DNA from: Chrysomallon squamiferum | Taxonomy: Eukaryota > Animalia > Mollusca | Assembly: GCA_012295275.1 (NCBI GenBank) | Contig: CM022668.1 | Coordinates: 6,138,001-6,202,000, forward strand | Length of the DNA: 64,000 nt | Direction: 5' to 3' | Shown: positions 1 to 17,615 of the stretch, piece by piece | Numbering within the stretch: the first letter of the stretch is position 1 | How the letters are laid out: each line of letters opens with the position of its first letter | Made by a program: the position numbers and the translations under genes | The notes under the pieces: model-generated | What the model was told of the DNA's origin: nothing | Seen by the model: only the letters and a program-made list of their open reading frames with translations | Databases searched by the model: none

Positions 1-66
1 ATTGCTATTGCTATTGTTTCATAATAATGATGATAGTTTACATTTATATTTTTTCCCGTTCCAAAG

Positions 67-326
67 GTGACGCACTTGCCTGGCACAATGGTAATTCTTT
101 TACAACTAAGGATGAGGATCACGATAAGTTGTCTTCAAACTGTGCCGAAGTCTACCATGGAGCGTGGTGGTACACGGAGTGTCACTCTTCACATCTAAAC
201 GGTTTGTACCTGGGAGGCCTTACTAAGGTATACGCCTCAGGAATTACATGGAGTCGGTGGAGAGGCCAGTACTACTCGCTGAAGAGAACTGAGATGAAAA
301 TAAGACCACTTTTATCTGGAAAATAA
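67..326 (+). CDS. F1: last coding exon (exon 6) of a PAN-FOLN-fibrinogen-related (FReD) lectin-like gene; upstream exons lie outside the window
   Basis: Acceptor ttttcccgttccaaag|GT at 65-66. Reads GDALAWHNGNSFTTKDEDHD...NCAEVYHGAWWYTECHSSHLNGLY...[11 protein letters not shown] with FReD C-terminal motifs (FTTKDxDxD, GAWWY..C..S.LNG.Y, MKIRP). 260 nt, like the paralogous exon 6. Confidence 0.9.
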
Positions 327-874
327 CGCCAGTTTAGTACTGAAGTTAAGATGAGTTTAGTTTTGAAGTTAAAGTTCAGCTTCTTCATTTGAGTCTTGTA
401 TAAGTTTTAATATCTCTGGACAGTATGAAGATGTTTATTTAATTACTTTAAAATTTTGTTTGTTTTTAATTGATTATTTATTATTTGTTTATTTACAAAT
501 GCGTTCGTTTGTTTTATTTTTGTGTATTTATTTCTTAGAGGGATTAATTTTCAACAAGCTATTGTTATTCCATATTTTTAAACAAAAATAAGTTGATCAA
601 GCTTTGTTCTAAAGGAACATGCCATGTTGGAACAGTTAATCATGCTTTGTTCTAAAGAAAAATATGAAGTTGGAACTGTTCAGCTTCTTCATTTAAGTCT
701 TGTATACGTTTTAATATCTATGGGCAGTATGTAGATGTTTATTTAATTACTTTAAAATTGTATTTATTATTTGTTTATTTACAAATGTGTTCGTTTGTTT
801 AATTTTTGTGTATTTATTTGTTAGAGGGATTACTTTTCAACGAGCTATTGTTATTCCATGTTCTGAAATAAAAA

Positions 875-1090
875 TCAGTTAATCAAGCTTTGCTTTGAAG
901 GAAGAGTTCATCAAACGTTTTGTTGTAAAGGCGCATTTCATAAAACATTCCATGGAACATTCCAGTTCGGAAAAGTTAATCAAGCTTTGTTCTAAAGAAA
1001 CATATGAAGTTGCAACAGTTCTTCAAACTTTGTTCTAATGGAACAGTCCATGTTGGAACAGTTCATCAAACTTTGTTCTAGAGGAAGATT
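875..1090. repeat. Degenerate ~43-bp tandem repeat in gene 3' flanks (also ~590-680, 7210-7550, 22720-22930, 28480-29050, 41245-41450, 44230-44440, 54675-54760)
   Basis: Approximate consensus ggaacagttcatcaagctttgttctaatggaacattccatgtt. Confidence 0.75.
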
Positions 1091-3053
1091 CCGTGCATAA
1101 TCACACTGCTTATTAATATTATTATAACTCTTTGAAACACGTTCATACAAAATCTTTTTGGTTCTTCTGTTTTTATCACGTGATACCTCTGTGTTTATAT
1201 TTACTTTTTATAAAGTTATTAACAGCTTCTTTTTGTAGTACATAATAAGTTTCATCTGAAACTTCGTGTCACATAACAATTCATACTTCAGACTGAAGTG
1301 CTTACTAAATAAAGTCACTTTTGTTTTTATTGATTAGTATTGATGTACTTTTTTCGTTCCGCGAAATAACCAGGGGATTTAGATCGATTTGTCATTTAAT
1401 AATTTTTTTATTTCTGCGAGTGAATTGTCTCCCTATAATGTTTTGAAATGGCAATTATCTGTCAGACAAGTTGAATTAATAATTATGGCTTTGTTATAAA
1501 TGTTAATAATTTGTGACTCCATTTAATAATAAAACGATTGGTTTAAACATAAAATAAAAAATTGATATTTTGTCATTATTATTATTATTATTATTATTAT
1601 TTACATGTTTTATGTGCTAACGTATTTTGTTAATGAAATATTGTGTGTCAGTATTCTAGTCCAATATATTAATACAGTATTTACTACCACAACAGCTTTG
1701 TTGACACCTTCTTCAAGACCACTGTTAACTGCGATCATCATAATCCTTAGCGTCGTCATCATGATCACCAACATCATCATCATCATCATCTTAACTACAG
1801 GCGTGATACTTATTTGCACCTTTTCGATCATAATCATCGACTTCATTATTATCGTTATCGTCAAAACAGCATCATTGTTATCGGCGTCATTATAATCATC
1901 AATATTACGTAACAATGACTATAAAAATAAAATTAAAAAATAATACAGATAGATAGATAGATTTTCAAGTTGAATCTCTTTATATTATTTAATTATTAAT
2001 TTTTAGTTTTTATTTATTTGCTTTTACTGTAATAGACTTTTCTCTCCCATCCAATCTAAATTAACAACAAGAAAAGAATACATTTCAAATATGGGTAACG
2101 CCATTTTCCTATTACGTGACGTCATCGCATACGCAGTGTTAGATTTCGTCTAAAGGTTCTCCTGTTTGAAAAAACAAATATGTAACTATCATTTCTTATG
2201 TCACAAATTAGTAAAACAAAAAAAAAAAAAAAAGTCATTTCGCCATGTACGCCATGACGTCACGGCTCGGGTTACGAAAGAATAAAATGGCGGTTTTCAA
2301 ATGTTTTGTGACAGTGTGGCGTTCCTGTCCTGCTTAGTTACGAGCAATGAAAGATAAACCAAACTAGTGAAATATTAACTAAAGAATAAATAGTTTAAAG
2401 AATTTTATTAGACCAGATGTACGTGAAACAGACAGGGAGAAGAAGAATAAGACAGATTAATGATATTAAAGTGTGAAATAGGTTTTCAAAGATTTTAATC
2501 TTTGTATATTTCCTCAGAAACACATACAACAAAACAAAAACAAACAAAAAACAATAACAAGAAACAAAACAAAATATTGATGTTTTCTTTCGATAAACGT
2601 CTGAATATATCAGCTTTGTATAGATTCAATATGTTATATTGTTATTTCAGATTTGTTTCTTTTGCACATGAATTTTTCTTCTCTGTTGATCTGTGAACCA
2701 CAAATACTTTTACTTCTATGAGTATGGGCACTTCACTTATCAATAAATACACACGGATTAGTAATTATCTTCCATGAACTGTTCGGCTGCCTCTCAAGAA
2801 AAATGAATGTGTTGTATGGTGTGCAAAATTAGTTTTCTCTCTAAGAAGTATAGATGATCTCATAGAACACGGTTTTATCGTTACCATGATAACAGCAGGT
2901 GTTCAAGGATCTTTCTAGAATATGACAATACGGAGATTTGTATTTTTACGAGTTTATAATTGTGAAGATTTATAGACGACAAAGAAGATCATGTTTTAAT
3001 TTTTCATGATTGTCATCCTTATTATTGATCTTTAAAATATATTTTTTTAAATT

Positions 3054-3084
<31 letters not shown>

Positions 3085-3302
3085 GTCCATACATTCATGC
3101 ATTCGTTCATTTATTTATCCATTCGTTTATTTATTTATTTTATTTATATATTTAAGTATTTATTTTGTTTATTTATTTTATTTTAAATTATTTTTATAAA
3201 TTATGCTGAGTGATGCTAAAGGTTTTATAATCCTATAGAAAGTGTTCAGTGCTTGATGCTAAAGTGGATAAATCAGTTAAGAAACGTTGTGAACTATTTA
3301 CT

Positions 3303-4908
3303 TCCCAAGATTTTGTCACAAAGAAAGGATCAGTTTACCAACACAAAAATTCTATAGACAAGGTGAAATATTTGAATTTTGTGCTTATTTTTATATAGCT
3401 TCTACTACTACTACTACTGCTACTAGTATACTTACTGCTATTGTTACTACTACTTCTGCTACAGTTAGTACTATCGCGATTATTTTACTACTACTATTAC
3501 TACAATTACTTTTAAGACTACTACTACGGTTACCGCTGCTTCTACTACAATAACGACAGTTTCTTCACAACAACTACTATTAATACTGCTTGTACTACCA
3601 GAACTACTACAAAAACTATTTTATTATTATTATTACGATTACTCCTACTACTGTTATTGTTACTATGATTAAAACTACTACAATTAATACCGTATTGTTA
3701 AGATTACTATAGATACACCTATGACGATTATTTTACTACTGCTATTATTGAATTATATATATGTTTATATTTATATTTATGTTTACTTTTATTTTTATTT
3801 ATGATCTTTTTTTACTTTTTTTTACGATTATTATTATTTTTTTATTATTATTATTATTATTATTTTTTTTTTTTTTTTTTTTTTTGCTATTTGCAGACTG
3901 TAACTGGAATTTGTGGTACGGACGTCTGTCTGTCGTATCAAAAATGTCAAGTCACACGTATGAATGATGCGAAATGTGTATCACGTGACAGTGACGTAAC
4001 ACCAACAGATACACAACCCTCCATTATTTATTCATATCTTTTTTATTGTAACTTTATTTGTTTCCATTAGAAAAATGTAATACACATTATATGTAAATGA
4101 ATAGAAACATACATAAATACATACAAATATATATATATATATATACATATATACAAATATGTATACATTCATGCATACATTCATAAAACACAGATACATA
4201 CATACATACACCCATACTTACCTACTTACTTACAAACGTCCATTTTTGTCTTAAACTAATGCACTTCAATATAAAGTCGTAGAATATCATTCTTCTTCTG
4301 CTTATTATTATTATTATTATTATTATTGCTGATCTTCAGGAAACGAGAACATCTACTAGGTAAAAAGTAAACTGAAATTTACTGCTGCTGCTGCTACTAC
4401 TACTACTACTACTACTACTACTAGTACTACTACTACTACTACAGTTACGACTACTACTATTACTACTATTACTTGTACTACCTCTTCTACTACTACTAAT
4501 ACTACTCATCCTGCTACTACCACTATTACTATACTATTGAAACTATTACAAGAATCACCGTTACTACTACTATTGTTGTTCTTGATGACGTTTTCATCAT
4601 TACAGCTACTACTATTATTTTTATATCAATTAATATATTTCTTTTACTCAGGAAACGAGAAAATCTACCAGATAACAAGTAAACTGAAATACATGCTACG
4701 TGTTGATCTAGAAGACTTTGAAGGAAACAAACGTTACGCGATGTACTCGACATTTTCACTGGGTAGTGAGGCGGAGAACTACACTCTACACATTGGATCT
4801 TTCAGCGGAAACGCAGGTTGGTATGGAAACAGACATTAGTTCAATAGAAAAAAAATGTGTTATAGTAGGTTGCTATGACAACAGATAATGCACGTACAAC
4901 TAACTATA

Positions 4909-4955
<47 letters not shown>

Positions 4956-5414
4956 AGAAGCCCAGAGATTGCTGAGATTGTTATTATTAAAACAACTCAT
5001 GAAATACTGTTCATTATTTTATTGCTACTATTGTTGTGTCATTTTCATAACAGTACAACAACGAAATCAACAACAATACTTACTATACTACTACTACTAC
5101 TACTACTACTAGCACCGCCACTATTACAACCACTAATACAACTGTTATTATTTTAAGGAAACTCACTGAGCGGATATAGCGGTTTTCCGTTCAGTACAAA
5201 GGATGTTGACAATGACATCAATGAAAGCGGGAACTGTGCTCAACATTATAAAGGTGCCTGGTGGTATAAAAAATGTCATAGTGCTAATCTAAACGGTATG
5301 TACCTGGGGGGCCTTACTACGGTATACGCGAAAGGAGTTACTTGGAAATCGTGGAGAGGCCAGTACTACTCGTTGAAGAGAACTGAAATGAAAATAAGAC
5401 CAGTTTTGTCTTGA
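3303..5414 (+). pseudogene. F2: multiply deleted FReD gene copy with a divergent exon 5/6
   Basis: Only the last ~60 nt of exon 1 remain (3303-3362, donor gt at 3363). Exon 2 (3897-~4023) lacks its donor and jumps into intron-3 sequence; exons 3 and 4 are absent. A partial exon 5 sits at ~4340-4380, a full exon 5 at 4652-4816, and an open exon 6 at 5158-5414 (GNSLSGYSGFPFSTKDVDNDINESGNCAQHYKGAWWYKKCHSANLNGMY...KIRPVLS*, missed by the ORF track). Confidence 0.85.
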
Positions 5415-5676
5415 AAATATACCATGTGTTTGTTAAATGAGATTGATTTTGTTTTTGAAAACATTTTGTTGCCTGTTATTAACGTTTATAAGAATTATAT
5501 ACAGATTCTTATTATTCCTTAGAGATGAATAGACCAGTTCTCTGTTCAGTATTTTGTATGGAGTTTTGCTCTTTTATTTAAGAGGCCTTGGTGAGGTAAA
5601 TGAGTTTTCGATTTTTTCGAAATGTCAAGAACAAAATTTACTTATAGAGAATTACCTGGTTTCACTTTTTATATGA

Positions 5677-5707
<31 letters not shown>

Positions 5708-5859
5708 TGTTTTAAAATTCCGTCTTTGTTAATTTTACATTTAAAGCAGTATTGTTGTTGTTAACGTTACGTGAGACAAATAGGATATCAATTTAAGATA
5801 ATAATAATAATAATCTATTATACCATATTGTTGTTATTGTTGTTTTGTTTTGTTTTGGT

Positions 5860-6681
5860 TTCTTGTTGTTGTTTTTGATGTTGTTTGTTCTTGTTTTGTT
5901 GTGTGTTTTTTTCTTCGGGAGAATACAAGTTTAAAAGCTTTGAAAACATATTTCACATTTTAATATCATTAATCTGTATTATTCCTGTTTTTTCTCACGT
6001 ACATCCCGTCTAATAAAATTCTTTAAACTATTTATTCTTTAGTTGTTATCTGACTAGTTTGGTTCATCTTTCATCGCTCATATCAAAGCAGGAGAGGAAC
6101 GTTGTAATTTCAGATAACATTTAAAAGCCGCCATTTTTATTCTTTCGTAATCCGAGCTGTGAGGTAATGGCGTACTTGGCGATGTCACATAAAAAAAAAA
6201 AATAAAATAAAATGATTTCAAATGTACTCTTTTCTTGTAAATTAGTTAAGATTGGATGAGGGAGAAAAATTAATTAAATTAAAAGCAAATAAATAAAAAT
6301 TTAAAATAAGACAAATATTTGAACATTATAAAGTGAAACAACTGAAAAATATTCAATTTCTTTATAATCATTATGCAATGCTGATGATTATGATGAAGCT
6401 GATAATAATGATGCTGTTTAGATAATAACGATAATAATGAAGTCCATGATTATGATCGAAAAGGTTCACACAAATATAACGGCTGTAGTTCAGGTGATGA
6501 TGATGATGATATTGGTGATCATAATGACGAAGTTAAGGATTATGATGATCACGGTTAACACTGGTCTTGAAGTTGGTGTCAACAAAGGTGTTGTGGTAGT
6601 TAATACTGTAATAAGAAATTGAACTACAACATTGACACACAATATTTCATTAACAAAATACGTTAGTACATAAAACATGTA

Positions 6682-6735
<54 letters not shown>

Positions 6736-7815
6736 TATAATTATAATTATAATTATAAAATAGATTCCAAAGATTTTTTTCGTTTTAATCAATCGTTTTA
6801 TTATTAAATGGAGTCACAAATTATCATTATTTCTAACAAAGACATAGTTTTAATTAAACTTGCCTGGCATATAATTCCCAGTACAAAACATTATAGCGAG
6901 AGAATTCACTCGCAGAAATAAAAAATGTGTTAAACATCAAATCGATCTGAATCCCCTGGTTATTTTGCTGAAATCAATAAAAACATAAGTGACTTCCCTT
7001 AGTAAACTCTTCAGCCTGAAGTCTGAATTGTTCTGTGACACGAAATTTCAGATAAAACATTTCATGTTCTATAAAAAGAAGATGTTAATAGCTTTATTAA
7101 AAGTAAATGTACACAGAGAGATATCAAGTGATAACAACAGAAGAAAAAGAAAGGTTTTGTATGAACGTGTTTCAAACAGTATTGATATACAGCGTGGTTA
7201 CGCACGGAATCTTCCTTTAGAAAAGAGCCTGATGAACTGTTCCGGCGGAATGTTCCATTAGAACGAAGTTTGACGAACTGTTCCCACACGGAATGATCCA
7301 TTAAAACAAACGTTTATGAAATATTCCCACATCGAATGTTCCATAAGAACGAAGTTTGACGAACTTTTCCAACATGGAATGTTCCATTACTACAAAGTTT
7401 GACGATCCTGATCCGACATGGAATATTCAATAAGAACAAAGCTTGATTAACTGTTCCGAATTGGAATGTTCCATGGAAAGTTTTATGAAATATTCCTTTA
7501 CAACAAAAAGTTTGATGAACTCGTCCTTCAAGACACAGCTTCATCAACTGATCTTTATTTTAGAACATGGAATAAAAATAGCTCATTGAAAATTAATCCC
7601 TCTGAGAAAAAAATAAGAGAAAATAAATAAACAACGAACACACGTGTAAATAAACCAATACTAAATAACCAATTAAAAACAAATATAATTTTAAAGTAAT
7701 TAAATAAACATCTTCATACTGCCGAGAGATATTAAAACTTATACACGACTCAAATGAAGAAGCTGAACTTTAATTTCAAAACTAAACTAATCTGAACTTC
7801 AGTACTAAACTGGCC
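5860..7815 (-). repeat. Inverted copy of the 3' flank at ~330-2560; part recurs at ~28635-29510 (+)
   Basis: Reverse-complement matches, e.g. aataaaatggcgg (2281) vs ccgccatttttatt (6128). The ORF track shows the same spurious peptides on opposite strands (1610-1915 vs 6437-6622; 7314-7547 vs 28840-29247). Confidence 0.85.
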
Positions 7816-7838
7816 TTATTTCCCGGACAAAAGTGGTC

Positions 7839-11330
<3,492 letters not shown>

Positions 11331-12739
11331 TTGTAATCTTTGTAAGAATCTTAAAATAAGAAATAACATAAATCCAGTTTTCTTCCTTATGGTTCAAATA
11401 TTACGTTCCTTTGGTTATCTGCGTTGCACCGTTGATTTCTGAGTTCAGAATAATTGTCCGAAGTTCACTGGTTTGTTTTAATACTTCAGAAATAGATGTA
11501 TCGATAAGGAGAGGCGTTTGTTTATCTTATTGGCTATTTTCTCTGTTTTGTATCGTGAAGAACTAAAGATTGATACAGAGGCAGCGAATTGGTATAACGA
11601 TCGCTAAATGCCTAGTTTAGTGCTGTGTATTGATTTGCTGTGTGTATATATATATTTATACATCTATAGATCTGTCTCTCTGTCTGTCTCAGTGTTTATA
11701 TTATAGGACAGTCATTTTTTTATTTTCGTTTACAGCGGAATGTATACTCTATGTTCATCGATGGATCTTAAGATATGAGCTTTTTCCAGCGAAGGTTAGA
11801 ATGCCAAGTGCAGCGAGGCTTTACCAAGTTGCGTTCGTTATTCAACTTGACATGAATTCAACTTAACCTGTAATTTTAAATAATTAAATAGCAAGTGATT
11901 TATTGAAGTAAATAGTTCTGTTAGCATCAGTTCCTCACTCTCAAAGTTTATTAATTGATTTATCCACTTTAGCATCAAGCACTGATCAGTTTAACATGAC
12001 ACAGAAGAAGTTGAAAATAAACTAAAACAAACTAAAGAAAATAAATATTTAAATATATAAATAAAATAAATAAATGAATAAACGAATGAATAAATAAATG
12101 AACGAATGCATGAATGTATAAATATTTAAATAAATAGTTTTAAAATTAAATAGTTGAATAAAATTTTATAAAATCGATAATAACTCTGACAATCATGAAA
12201 AATGATAGTATAATCTTCTTTGTCGTCTATAAAATGTTCAAGTTTTGTCATATTCTAGTAAGATCTTTGAACAGATCCTGTTACCATGGTAACTGTAAAG
12301 CCTTGTTATATGAGATCATGTATACTTCTTAGAGAGAAAACTAATTTTGAACGCAAGAGAGAACATTCTATTTTATTGAGTGGCAGTCGAACAGTTCATG
12401 GGAGGTAATTACTAATCCGTGTGTATTTATTGATAGGTGAAGTACCTATACACATAGAAGTAAAAGTATTTGTGGTTGACAGATCAATGGAGAAAAAAAT
12501 TCATTTGCAAAGTAAACAAAACTAATATAACAATAAAACATATTGAATCTATTCAAAGTTGATATATTCAGACGTTTATCGAAAGAAAACAAGAACGTAA
12601 TATTATGATTGAATAGATGACGTATAAAATATAGATCGGAAATCTAAAAAAACAACAGCAACAACGATAACTTTAGTAATAATAATAATGTCATAATAAT
12701 AATAATGTTAATAATAATGTTAATAATAATAAGAAGAAG

Positions 12740-14955
12740 AAGAACAACAACAACAACAACAACGACGACAATCGCAAAGTCATTATTTATTTATTTATTT
12801 ATTTATTTATCTGTTCATCTGTTTATTTGTTTGAAATGATTTTTCTCTTGTTTTTCTATACTTTTTTCTTTATTTGTTTATTGGTTTGTTTGTTGGTTTG
12901 TTTGTGACTTTGTTTCTTTTGTTTTCTCGTATTTTTCATTACTTTTCCTTTATTTATTTATTTATGTAAAGGTTTTACTTACTTTCTTACTTACTTACTA
13001 TTTACTTATTTTAAATCAATTCACAATAGAATACATTTTCCGTAATTTAAAGCTGTAACAAGAAATGAAGGTTTCAGGAGCCGTGTCTTCGACGTAAGAT
13101 GCTGAAGACTTGTTCCAAGAAGAGATTTCAGACCCCGCCACTCTTAACCATACATAACTTTAACTTGTAGAATTGTCTAGTGTGTAAGGGCCTTTAACCT
13201 TAGAATCATTATATTTTCATTTAATGCGCCGAAGAACCCCGATGCTATTTAACTATATAGTTGTTAAAACACCTATATTGATTATTAATTATATTTTTAT
13301 CTTTAATTAATCCATTTCATATAAAAGTACTGACTGTGTTAAATACTGTGTTTAAATTATAAATGTGAAAAAATAAAAATTTATTATTTTCCACTGTTTT
13401 CTTCAGAGCGATACGAAAATAAACTTTTTGCAGGGAAAATCCAGTTTCCTCGATTAATTTTATTATTTCCTATACTCGATTATATCTAAATGAAATAACT
13501 CAGTGTTTCCATCGATAACTGAGAAGAGTTCATTTATAGAAAGATATACTGATTGATACTGAGACAAACCGACAGACAGACAGTGAGACTCACAAACAGA
13601 CAGATACAAAGATTATAGAGACATGTAGACAAACAGAAAAACAAACAGGTAAATAGTACAGTCGAACTGAGATCTTTTATATAATATCGATTATCGTTAT
13701 AATTCACAAATGCACAAACAGACAGACAGAGAGTGTGAGAACAACGCATATGCATATATTTATAGATACTAACAGACATATACAATTACGAATGGAAGAA
13801 CTAACTGACGGACAATGAACAGATAAGCGGAAGGATGCATGAATCTGTGAATGGATGATGGATGGTCAGATGAATCGATGTATTAGAAAATTCTAGATGT
13901 CTGACTGTCAGATGTAGTTATACAAAGTGTCATGATTAATACGATGAACGCTTCGAAACTATCAAGTAGAACAAGAAGAACGACAACAACATCAACAACA
14001 ACAACGACAATCGCAAAGTCATTATTTATTTGTTTGAAATGATTTTTCTCTTGTTTTTCTATACTTTTTTCTCTATTTATTTATTGGTTTGTTTGTTGGT
14101 TTGTTTGTGACTTTTTTTTTACACGAGTTTTCTCTGATTTTTCTTTACTTTTCCTTTATTTATTTATTTATGTAAATGTTTACTACTTACTTACTTATTT
14201 ATTTAATTACTTATCTTAAATCAATTCACAGTAGAATACATTTTCTTTAATTTAAAGCTGTAACAAGGAATGAAGGTTTCAGGAGCCGTGTCTTCGACGT
14301 AAGATTCTGAAGACTTGTTCCAAGAAGTGATTTCAGAGCCCGCCACTCTCATTCATACATAACTTTAACTTGTAGAATTGTCTAGTGTGTAAGGGCCTTT
14401 AATCTTAGAATCATTATATTTTCATTTAATGCGCTGAAGGACCCCGATACTGTATAACTATATAGTGTTTAAAACACCAATTCTGATTATTAATTATAAG
14501 TTTATCTTTAATTATTCAATTGCATATAAAACTATTGACTGTGTTAAATACTGTGTTTAAATTATAAAAGTTAAAAAAAAAGGAAAACAAAATATTTACC
14601 ACTGTTTTCTTTAGAACGATACGAAAATAAATATTTTGCAGGTAAAATCCAGTTTCCTGGATTAATTTTATTATTTGCTATAATCGATTTATATAATATC
14701 GATTATCGTTATCATTCACAAATGCACAAACAGACAGACAGAGAGTGTTGGAACTAGGCATATGCATATATTTATAGATAATAACAGACATATACGAATG
14801 GAAGAACTAACTAACGGACAATGAACAGATAAGCGGAAGAATGCATGAAACTGTGAATGGATGATGGATGGTCAGATGAATCGACTAGATGTCCGACTGT
14901 CAGATGTAATTATACAAAGAGTCATGATTAATACGATGAACTCTTCGAAACTATC
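12740..14955. repeat. Local tandem duplication (~1.2-kb unit; the second unit lacks ~200 bp)
   Basis: gaaggtttcaggagccgtgtcttcgacgtaag at ~13067 and ~14272; cttcgaaactatc at ~13950 and ~14943. Confidence 0.85.
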
Positions 14956-15479
14956 CCGTTTTTAAAATCAGTCCAGATTATTGAACACTTTTACAAGTTA
15001 AGCAAATACAGAACATTCAGCAAGTCCTCAAAACTAAGCAAGTCCATAATATCCAGCAAATCGACAACGTTAACCTAATCGCTAACGTCATGCATGTCTT
15101 CAATGTTATGCAAATTGAGAACTTGAACAAAGACAACAAGAAACATTAGTAGTAACTAGGTGAAATACACGCTTCACTTGAAATGTTTCGAATCAAAGAT
15201 CTTCAGTCGTGTTTCATGTTTTATAATTAATAAAAGAAATGTAGGATTATTTAGCGGGTTAAAATTTAATTAAAATGTAGTTTGAATACTGTGTTATCGT
15301 TGTTGTTTTAGTGAATGGCGTCTTCATTTTTCTTGACGTGTTCGTCATCACATTTGTTTCGAGAGAGTAAACTCCAGAGACATTTACAGAAAATGGTTTG
15401 AAAGTTTCATGTTTCTAAAGAATACATTAAGAATGAAATAAAGTGTCAAGGATATATGCCAACCATCTCTCTATATCAA

Positions 15480-15591
<112 letters not shown>

Positions 15592-17615
15592 GTATGTACA
15601 TGTATATGTATGTATATGTATAACGATGTATTTTAGGATGTTGAATATTGTGTGTCACCCATTCGCCTGCACTCCAAATGCTGACGATGTTACCGTTCAA
15701 CCACCAAGACAACATCAAGAAAGTTGCCCAATAACCGAGGTAATCATCGCTTCGAACGAAGATCACCGTTCTTTGTCTTTCGTCATCATATATATATCGC
15801 GGCATTTAAATGTTTTGTGACAATATAATGTTCCTTTCATGCTTAGTTGTGAGGGTTGAAAGATAAACCAAACCAGTCACATAATATAATAAAAGTACAG
15901 TTTAAGGAATTGTATTAAACCAAATGTACGTGAAACTGATGGAGAGATGATGTATAATACTGATTTTTCAACAAAAAATAAAAAGTAAAAAGATTAGAGT
16001 AAAAAGAAATAACAACATGGTACAATAGATTATTGTTATTACTACTATTACTACTAATACTACTAATACTACTATTTTAAATCTGTTTTATTGTCATTTG
16101 TACTTGAGACTTTTTTTTACATAAGTTCATTACATTAAGGATAATTTTCAATTCATTTCCATTTCTGTAGACAGTTATATATAATTATTATAATTACATT
16201 TATTAATTCTTTATTTTATTCAGGACAAGGAGATCCAAGTTTTATGTATATATTATTCTTATTCTTATTCTTATTCTTATTATTCTTCTTCTTCTTCTTC
16301 TTCTTATTATTATTATTATTATTATTATTATTGTAATCTTTACAATAACAGGAAAAAAGACAACAACAAACCCAACAATAACAAAAACTAAAAAGCAATC
16401 AAAAGAGGGGAAAATGATATTAGGCTATTCTCATTTACTTAAATAAATAAAATAAATTAAAAATAAAAATAAAAATAAAGTAAAATAAAATAAAATAAAA
16501 TAAAATAAAATAAAATAAATACTACTACTACTAATACTAATACTAATATTACTAATATTACAAAAACTAATATTTTAGTAAAATGTCTGTTTACTTGCTC
16601 TTTTCAGCTGTAAACAAATCACTTTATGTCACTTAGTTCTTGTACTACAACAGTAATTTCAAACTCAGTACAATAGACTACTGTACATAATAGATTATTG
16701 TACACACCTTACTACTGTATGCACCAGAGATTACAGGTCTTTGTTATTATTGTTTTTATTTATTTATTATTAATATTTTTAAAATTTTAATTAAATAGCG
16801 AGAAGGAGAAATGAAAAATAAAGTAAAGAAAAATGAAATATTGAAATTATAAATTCTGCTGTGTTATAGTAAAGGTTTTGTAATACTATTGGAAGTGCTC
16901 AGTGCTTAGTGATAGAGAAAAAGTTTGAGCGATAAAATACTTGCTATTTACAAATATATATCATGTGTGTGTGTGTGTGTGTGTGTGTTTCTGTGTCCGT
17001 GTATCAGCATATATATAGTTAATTTCTTTGGTTTTAAAAGTTATTTAGAATTGCAGGTTAAAAGAAATAACTGGTTACTGCCTTAAGATATCACCTTTAT
17101 TTTCGTCAAGTTGAATAGCTCGGTAAAGCCTCGCTGCATTTAGCATTCTAATCTTGGCAGGACAATAATTTTAGACAGTAACTGGTTACCGCCCTGCACA
17201 CAAATATAAAACCTCTATTCCTCTATAAATGACAATCTAAAATGACTGTCATATAATATAAACAGACAGACAGACAAACAGATCGACAGATATGTAAATA
17301 TATCGATACACACAGATGCTGCACATCAATTTTTAATAGTAAACTAGGCACTTACCGATCGTTATGTTCCATCGCTGCGTCTGTATGAATCTTTAATTCT
17401 TCACCAACCAAAACAGACAAAATAGCCAATAAGAAACAAGATGAACAAACGCCTATTTCAGAAGTTTTATAAGAAACCAGTGAACTACGAATAATTAGTC
17501 TGAACTGAGAAATCAACGTTGCAACACAGATAATGGAAGGAACGTAGTATTTGAACCATAAGCAAGAAAACAGGATTATTTTTTTCTTATTTTAAGATTC
17601 TTAAAGAGATTAAAA

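Noticed and set aside
590-1090. Partly palindromic ~43-bp repeats as a CRISPR array
   Set aside because: The units are contiguous and degenerate with no unique spacers, there are no cas genes, and the context is intron-containing eukaryotic DNA.
1605-1915. Hydrophobic ORFs on both strands (also 6437-6792)
   Set aside because: They derive from (ATC)n/(ATT)n-rich low-complexity flank sequence and have no family motifs.
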